This document shows, in pieces, positions 25,544 to 32,755 of a stretch of DNA of 32,755 nt. The position numbers and the translations under genes were made by a program. The notes beneath the pieces are model-generated. The model had not been told where the DNA came from. It saw nothing but the letters and a program-made list of their open reading frames with translations, and made no database searches. Within the stretch, counting starts at the first letter, position 1, and every line of letters starts with the position of its first letter. The stretch covers positions 37,193,356-37,226,110 of the forward strand of contig NC_068989.1 of the NCBI RefSeq assembly GCF_001194135.2, written 5' to 3'. The DNA comes from Octopus bimaculoides (Eukaryota).

Positions 25544-25667
25544 AATTTAATATTTTTTGTATATCGACTTGCCTAACTTGCTTATCCCTACATTTACTCC
25601 TCTATCTGGTCAAGTTTAAACCTCTTGAGCACTACGAAGTGTAATCTATATGGAGAATATCGGTCTT

Positions 25668-25722
<55 letters not shown>

Positions 25723-25762
25723 TATATATATATATATGTATATATATACACGCACATACATA

Positions 25763-26946
25763 TGAGGGGATGTTCGAACTCACTCGTAAGATGCTTAGTG
25801 TTACGGGAAACTTCAACATCAATGTAGATGTAAACAGGATATACTTCCCACGCAATGATGGAGGCCGTGTTCTCAAATCTGTATTGATGTCATTTGGAGT
25901 AAGTATTGTGAAACTGAAACATCTGCAGCAGAGAAGAGAGATCAGTAATTACCTTGCCCTAGTTTGTGACCGAGAATTGAATACTCCAATTAGGATAGCT
26001 AATGATATGAGGTGAGGTATTAAATAAGAACTGTTACAAATCACACCCCAAGAAGCATTGGTAAAATGCATTTATCAGAAGAACAAAATACGAATATGAA
26101 CCAGTTCATTGAGAATAGGTACCTGGCACTAAAAACTCAAACTATAGAAGCGATTGATCATGTAAAAAGTTTGGTATGGAGTACCGACAAATTTATGACA
26201 CTCCACTTTGAAGGCTACCTCCATGCAATTGAAGAACAAGAGATCCTCACCAAGTACCTACAGCATAAGAGGCAGAAAACGTTGACAGACAAGAAATGTA
26301 GGCTGTGTAACACCAAAACTGAATACATCAACCAACTGTGACAGAATGTCTTCCAGATATTATCTTCCCATGAGGCATGATGCGGTGGTCAGAACTGCCA
26401 GGAACAAGATAAAAAAACATAAATAAACTACAGACAAACAAAGTTCGCTCTATTGAGATCGACGGGTTAAAAGAATATTGGTGGGGCTTAGAAATTAAAA
26501 TAGCCACCAAGTTAAAACATAACCACCTAGATATTTGTTGTGTGGGAACACAAGGAAAAGATATGTTCTGTTGTAGAAATCAGCTGTCGTCTGGATATCA
26601 AAGTGGTTAGGAAAATACAATTGAAAGAAGACATCGATGGACCATTGATATGGAGTTTGCAAACAAAGTATCCAAGATAATGTTCAGCTTCATACCGATT
26701 ATTGGAATAACAGAATGTGTACCAACTCACCTGGAGCAAAATATGGCTGAACTTAGGTTCTTGGGGAGAGAATGCAAATCCTTAATTTATACACTACAAA
26801 TGATCACGACATCTGGGACTATCAAAACCTGCAAGACCTTAAGATTTAAAGGATGATGGTTATTCCTTCACAAACTTGATACCAAGTAGGTGGCCAGTCA
26901 AAATTTACTCTAAATCTAAAATAGAAAGAGAACATACATGCATACA
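25763..26946 (+). mobile_element. 5'-truncated R4/Dong-type non-LTR retrotransposon (RT C-terminus, zinc knuckle, RLE)
   Basis: ELTRKML..GNFNINVDVNRIYFPRNDGGRVLKSV; EGYLHAIEEQEILTKYL...CRLC...RYYLPMRHDAV; W..EIKIATKLKHN.LDI...VVEISC..DI; IPIIG...GTIKTCKT. Ends in catacatgcatacat. Confidence 0.85.
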
Positions 26947-27815
26947 TGGTTTTCAGAATCAAAAAATTGATTCGCATATAAATACAATCTGTAAGCGGAA
27001 CAGTAAAATTATGGAAGACTTTTTTCAGTTTTAAAATACGACATTGTTTTCGCTATCTACATTCTAAAGATAGAGTATTGTATCTTTGTTAGAAACCAAT
27101 TCCTTCTTCAGAAGAAGAATTTAAATGATTAAGTAGAGAACACACACACACACACACACACGTACGCACGCACACACACACACACGCGCGCGCGCGCACG
27201 CACACACACACACACGCATGCATGCATACATACATACATACATACATACATACATACACACATATATGTACCTCTCCACACGTCTTGAGTCTTCTTTAAC
27301 ATGTTTTGTATTGAATGTATGGACCGTTGTCGCAAAAAGTTGTTGTTGGTTGGACATGATAGTCTTAGAATATATAAAAGTGAACAATGAACAGTAGGAA
27401 ATAGGTTCATTCGATGTCTGGCTTCAAATCTCAGCTGAATGTCCTTTGCATCCCTTAAATATTTAATACCACTGGAAAAAGTTACAAAGGGGAGAATGTT
27501 CCATTTTTCTTTTCTTTAGTCGGTACAACACTTTGAATCTCGCTGGTATTGGTTTGAATTACTATTGCTCCGCAGTTAATAAAACAAGTACTTGTAACAT
27601 ACTCGGTATTATTCTGTGAACCAAATGATTCATTGCTCTAAAGAAAGAAAAAATAAAACCACGACATAATCCGTAGTAAAAAAATCAACTTCGGAAGTAT
27701 TTCACTTTTAATATTCTATAATAAACTTGAAGAATAAAGATATAAATGCTGCAAATCGCCATTTCAATATTCCGACATTTTGAGAAAGAAAAACAAAAAA
27801 GAAAGTATTCCATTG

Positions 27816-28107
27816 TTACGTCATCGCAATTACATTTATTTTTGCATTAAGACAAATTGAAAGAACAGCAGACTTTGAAGTATATTTTATTGCGTTGTGT
27901 TGTTTCTTAAATCGAGAAATTCTGAGATATTTCATAAATGACGTAAATTTAACCACGCCCACTCCTGGTATTTTCAACCAGCGAGGAGGAACCAGCACTG
28001 ATCTAACCTGACCTGATCTCAACTCATCTGGTGTAGCCTCGATCTGATCTCAATCGGTGAAGTTGACATCAGGTCAACATAACACTTGGTAAGTATATCA
28101 TGTGAGT
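27816..28107 (+). promoter_or_regulatory. Possible promoter and non-coding first exon
   Basis: TTACGTCA (27816) and TGACGTAA (27939) CRE/ATF-like sites, CCACGCCC KLF/Sp box (27953), and donor-like TG|GTAAGT (28089) and GTGAGT (28102) in non-repetitive sequence. Confidence 0.3.
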
Positions 28108-28452
28108 ACAAAACGAATCTCGCAGCAAATTAGATTTTATGTTGTCTTATAAGCTTTGACTGCCATTGAAGTTTAGAAGTGAGCCATAGCTGTTTTAGGT
28201 TGTCACCGAATTGATATTTTTTCGCCGACGAAAAGAAGAATTGTAGCGCGATAACAGTAACTTTTAGTCAGTCATTTGTAATAGTTTAGTCTGTTATAAG
28301 AATCGATTAAACTTAAGATTCTGTTTACTTAATTTGGTTTACGATGATCAGGTCGGTTTTATGAACCCTTGTGTCATTGTAAATAATACTCCAATAATTT
28401 GTTTTTTTTCTTCTTTTCCTTTCACAATATTTTCCTTAAGGCGTGATTGTAT

Positions 28453-28608
28453 GCGCAGGCGTGACTGTGTAGTAAGAGAATTGTGTTCCAACTACATGGC
28501 TCCGGATTCAGTCCCACTGCTTGACCAACTGTCTTCTACTAAAGTCTCGGATCGACCAAAGCCTTGTGAGTGGATTTGGTAGACAGAAACCGAAAGAAGC
28601 CCGTTGTT
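28453..28608 (+). mobile_element. SINE 5' half (31365 family)
   Basis: ggcgtgactgtgtagtaag...ttcagtcccactgc...gaccaaagccttgtgagtggatttggtagac.gaaac.gaaagaagcccg. Confidence 0.9.
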
Positions 28609-28641
28609 TTATATATATATACATATATATAAGATTGAGAA

Positions 28642-28678
<37 letters not shown>

Positions 28679-28978
28679 NNNNNNNNNNNNNNNNNNNNNN
28701 NNNNNNNNNNNNNNNNNNNNNNNNNNNNNNNNNNNNNNNNNNNNNNNNNNNNNNNNNNNNNNNNNNNNNNNNNNNNNNNNNNNNNNNNNNNNNNNNNNNN
28801 NNNNNNNNNNNNNNNNNNNNNNNNNNNNNNNNNNNNNNNNNNNNNNNNNNNNNNNNNNNNNNNNNNNNNNNNNNNNNNNNNNNNNNNNNNNNNNNNNNNN
28901 NNNNNNNNNNNNNNNNNNNNNNNNNNNNNNNNNNNNNNNNNNNNNNNNNNNNNNNNNNNNNNNNNNNNNNNNNNNNNN

Positions 28979-29055
<77 letters not shown>

Positions 29056-29078
29056 TGTGTGTGTGTGTGTGTGTGTGC

Positions 29079-29231
29079 AAATTCTATTGAACCTTGGCAA
29101 GAGTATTATGCCGGTAATAACAAACACACGCACTGATTCGGTCCTTTATTGTTATTGTTAGTTATTAGGTTAACCAGTGCATGTGTTTATTATTACCGGC
29201 ATAATGCCCTTCCCAAGGTTCAATAGTATTT
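29079..29231. repeat. 57-bp inverted repeat (hairpin or mini-MITE)
   Basis: 29079-29135 versus the reverse complement of 29175-29231 gives about 6 mismatches in 57 bp. Confidence 0.85.
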
Positions 29232-29376
29232 CTTTCAACACACGAATTCACATCAAGAATCTTGCAAACCAAATACAAATACGAACTATATATGAATTGT
29301 TAGTAGCCATTATATCTTAAAAAGAAGCACGTTCTAAAGAATTAGAGCAGTAATATACTTTTAGGAAGCTAAATGT

Positions 29377-29856
29377 TATGGCCGGTCATAGAGTGACCAT
29401 TGGTTTCGCACCTATAAAGCGATTAACAGTGTAAGTGATTCGTCAGATTCAAGTAAGCCTAAGGCGCATGACCTCTCTACAAATGGAGGAATAAATACCT
29501 CACAGTCAGTTAGTTTTGTAAACCAAAAAATATTTGTCCTTGCTGCAAGCGGGACGGGGTTATTCCTTCTTACATCAGCCTCGGCCGTAGTTATATTCGA
29601 AAGCTGCGATGGGCCTCTTCAACAGATGAGGAATTCCAGGTTTGTAGTTGGAAACGTTTTAAATGAAGGAATTGACTAAATTTAGTGCCTGCAGCAGGGA
29701 CACATGTTTTAGTTTACAAAATTAACTGACCAAGACGTATTTCTTGCTCCAGTTGTAGAGAGGTTATGCACCTCCGGCCACTTGAGCTGACAAGTCGCCT
29801 ATATTGCTAAGCGTTTTATAGGCATAAAACCAATGGTCACTCTATGACGGGCCATA
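29377..29856. mobile_element. Foldback element with ~170-bp inverted arms, each carrying a hammerhead motif; arms homologous to the PLE pLTR at 6192-6299
   Basis: tatggccggtcatagagtgaccattggtttcgcacctataaagc... matches the reverse complement of ...gcgttttataggcataaaaccaatggtcactctatgacgggccata. The right arm aligns with 6192-6299. Confidence 0.8.
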
Positions 29857-29859
29857 TAT

Positions 29860-30100
29860 GTTTGTGTGTATGTTTGTCTTTGCGTCTGTGTTTGTCTCCC
29901 ACCATTACTTGACAACAAGTATTCGTGTGCTTATATCCCGGTAATCTAGCGGTTCGGCAAAAGAGACCGATAGAATAAGTTCCTGAGTTAAAAAAATTAG
30001 ATCCGGTGTCGATTCATTCGACTAAAAGTTCCTCAACGTGGCGACCCAGCACGGCTGCAGCCTCATAACTAAAACAAGTAAACGACTAAAAGAATAGGAA
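29860..30100 (+). mobile_element. SINE 3' half (31365 family)
   Basis: tagcggttcggcaaaagagaccgatagaataag...gtcgattcattcgactaaa...ccagcacggctgcag...aaacaagtaaa. Confidence 0.9.
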
Positions 30101-31364
30101 AGGACATTTAAACTGACACTTAAACAGACTTACGAATGTGAAATACGTTAAGAAACCGCCAAGTGAACAAATAAAATAATACGTTATCTTAGTATCTTGT
30201 TTATTGGTCGTGTGATATGTTCTGCTGCTCTTTCGATGTTGTCAGTTGATAAATTTTGCGTTATCATATAGTCATCCATATTGTTGTTACTTAAATTTCT
30301 CACTCCTATTACAGTTACATTTCAAATATTTTTTTTTATTTCCTGTCACTTTTCCAAACACACATACATGCTTCACACATAATCTAGTTAATAATATAAT
30401 CACGATAATGCAGTCAATAATAATACAAGTTATATCATAAATTTTAAATAACTTTTATAAGACTACATACCATATAAATACTTAAGCTTATTTATTATTT
30501 ATATCTAATCCAGCGCATTTTTTCTTTTAAGTATAAGTCATACAGCTGCGTCTCCTTGTAACTATAGAAGAGGATATATTTCCTTTGATTTTCCTTCTAT
30601 AAAATATCATTCTGCATCATTAAAAGCTCATATTGTGGCTATACACGCAAAGATATGCTTAGAATAAGTTTTCGTATATGTATATATGTATATATATATA
30701 TATAGCAAATTAAAGACAGAAGATGGAATGTAAGATGGAATTGTTTCGACACATCTAATATCAGTTTCTCTTGGGTGGGACACTCAACAACTGGTTCAGG
30801 AACATCCGGTGGTGCAGATGTATCTCGTCTGGTGGTAAATAAATACAACTCGTTAAAATGACTGTTCCATAATGTAACTTTCCGTTTTGTAGAGTGAAAA
30901 GCAGCCAGACGGAGGAAATGTCTTCATTTATATAGAAGATCAAAAATAAAATCACAGATTACAAAAAAGAGAAACGAACACGTAATCCAGCGAAAATAAT
31001 TTTGAAAATAACCGTTAACAGGTATGCATACAGAAACGTCCTCGGGCAAGCTGCATGGCACGAGTACACTCGCTCATACAAGCATCCGCAAGAATGTGAG
31101 CATATGCACACGTGAGGTTTGGTGCACTCATGATCACAAAGCGAGCTATTTAACAACTAGGTGTGTATAAGAATGGGGAGGTTAAAAGTAAACTTATGTC
31201 ATCCTGGAAAAAGTGTATCGACAAGCAAGGAAACATGATGTAATTGTTCAACCCCTGATTTTGTTTTATTAAATTAGTGTAATAACCTACTACACACGCT
31301 TTCGAAGCGATACGTTGTCGTCATAACCAATTTCAGGAACTTTTCTAAGAAATGTAAACAATCA

Positions 31365-31777
31365 GGCGTAGGAGTGGCTGTGTGGTAAGTAGCTTGCTTA
31401 CCAACCACATGGTCCCGGGTTCAGTCCCACTGCGTGGCATCTTGGGCAAGTGTCTTCTACTATAGCCTCGGGCCGACCAAAGCCTTGTGAGTGGATTTGG
31501 TAGACGGAAACTGAAAGAAGCCTGTCGTATATATGTATATATATATATGTGTGTGTGTGTATGTGTTTGTATGTCTGTGTTTGTCCCCCAACATCGCTTG
31601 ACAACCGATGCTGGTGTGTTCATGTCCCCGTAACTTAGCGGTTCGGCAAAAGAGACCGATAGAATAAGTACTAGGTTTCCAAAGAATAAGTCCTGGGGTC
31701 GATTTGCTCGACTAAAGGCGGTGCTCCAGCATGGCCACAGTCAAAAGACTGAAACAAGTAAAAGAGTAAAAGAGTAA
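31365..31777 (+). mobile_element. Full-length, young tRNA-derived SINE with an internal (TA)/(TG) microsatellite
   Basis: tRNA-like head (gtggctgtgtggtaag ... gggttcagtccc), cttgggcaagtg motif, internal microsatellite, 3' tail (aaaagagt)x2. Confidence 0.92.
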
Positions 31778-32097
31778 TCATGGCCCACGCGCACACACGT
31801 ACACGCTCGCGCACGCACGCACACGCATTCGTGCTTATCTGTACGCACATGCATGATATGTATATAAGTATGTGAGTGTAGAATGTGTTCATATATATCC
31901 ATATATAAAATTGTCTTAACCATCATTCCCAAGATTCAATAGTATTTCTTTCAACACATGAATTCACGTCAAGAATCTTGCAAACCAAATACAAATACGA
32001 ACTATATATAAATTGTTAGTAGCCATCATATCTTAAAAAGAAGCACGTTCTAAAGAATTACAGTATCTTGTCTTAACCATATATATTTGTCCTTGCT

Positions 32098-32257
32098 GCA
32101 TAAGAGGTAGAAAACGTTGACAGACAACAAATGTTGGCTGTGCAAGACCAAGACTGAATACATCAACCACATTATTGCCAACTGCGACAGAATGTCTTCC
32201 AGATATTATCCTCCTATGAGGCATGATGCAGTGGTCAGAACTGCCAGGAACAAGATA
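32098..32257 (+). mobile_element. R4/Dong zinc-knuckle fragment, paralogous to 26263-26411
   Basis: TDNKCWLCKTKTEYINHIIANCDRMSSRYYPPMRHDAVVRTARNK (CCHC knuckle). Confidence 0.85.
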
Positions 32258-32315
32258 TGTATAGATACATATAAATGTGTCTATTTGTGCGTGTGTGTGC
32301 GTGTGTGCGTGTGTG

Positions 32316-32384
<69 letters not shown>

Positions 32385-32391
<7 letters not shown>

Positions 32392-32730
32392 TTCAGGTTC
32401 ACTTCTGCATTGCACCCTGTGCAAGTCCGTTATACTATAGCCCCGAGCCGATTAAAAAGGAACCTTACCAGTAATATTGATAGACGGAAACTGAAAGAAA
32501 CTCATGATAAATACATAAATTATGTGTGTGTGTGTTTGTTTGTTTGATTGTCAGCCTCGTTTGAAAGTTGTAAGAGCGTGTCAATGGATTGCAAGCGGTG
32601 TGCTTTGTTTAAAATCTTCAGAGAAAACATATCTGTGTATGCGGAAATATTACCTTACTTGGACACAAACGAGAGTTGGTAACAGGAAGGGCATCTGGCC
32701 AAACAAAATCTGCGCAAAGAATTCCGTCCG
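32385..32730 (+). mobile_element. Degenerate SINE/LINE-related fragment
   Basis: ttcaggttcact.ctgcattgcacc...ctatagccccgagccga...gacggaaactgaaagaa resembles the SINE body; aacaggaagggcatctggcc follows downstream. Confidence 0.5.
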
Positions 32731-32755
32731 ATGTAGGTGTTTCATATATATATAT

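Larger units (their letters stand above)
22844..25601 (+). mobile_element. 5'-truncated Penelope-like element with inverted pLTR at its 5' end; right pLTR interrupted by a mariner
   Basis: The reverse complement of 22844-23236 aligns with 24194-24516 plus 25544-25601. 23238-23480 encodes a GIY-YIG remnant (DFNRRYHAHMNFFSNPN.KLSTSL...NIGKCKLCLK..TIL). Confidence 0.85.

Overview
Eukaryotic, AT-rich, microsatellite-saturated draft-assembly sequence with seven N gaps. The repeat content (tRNA-derived SINEs, R4/Dong-type LINEs, Penelope-like elements, maT-like mariners) looks like a cephalopod, probably Octopus; this is an inference from repeat families. No intact protein-coding gene is supported, and most ORFs in the track are translated microsatellites or N runs. 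The window is a transposon graveyard unusually rich in Penelope-like elements (PLEs). These are a near-complete decayed RT + GIY-YIG copy (5745-7910), two further GIY-YIG fragments, and a 5'-truncated copy bracketed by inverted pseudo-LTRs with a mariner nested in one arm (22844-25601). The most interesting signal is a set of type I hammerhead-ribozyme (HHR) motifs. They include a ~480-bp foldback (29377-29856) whose two inverted arms each carry an HHR and are homologous to the HHR-bearing pseudo-LTR of the PLE at 6.2 kb, i.e. a 'MITE' that appears to be built from Penelope pLTRs. Also present are R4/Dong fragments sitting in (CATA)n tracts, a chimeric local duplication, a tandem SINE array and a possible promoter/first exon. 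All alignments and RNA pairings were done by eye.
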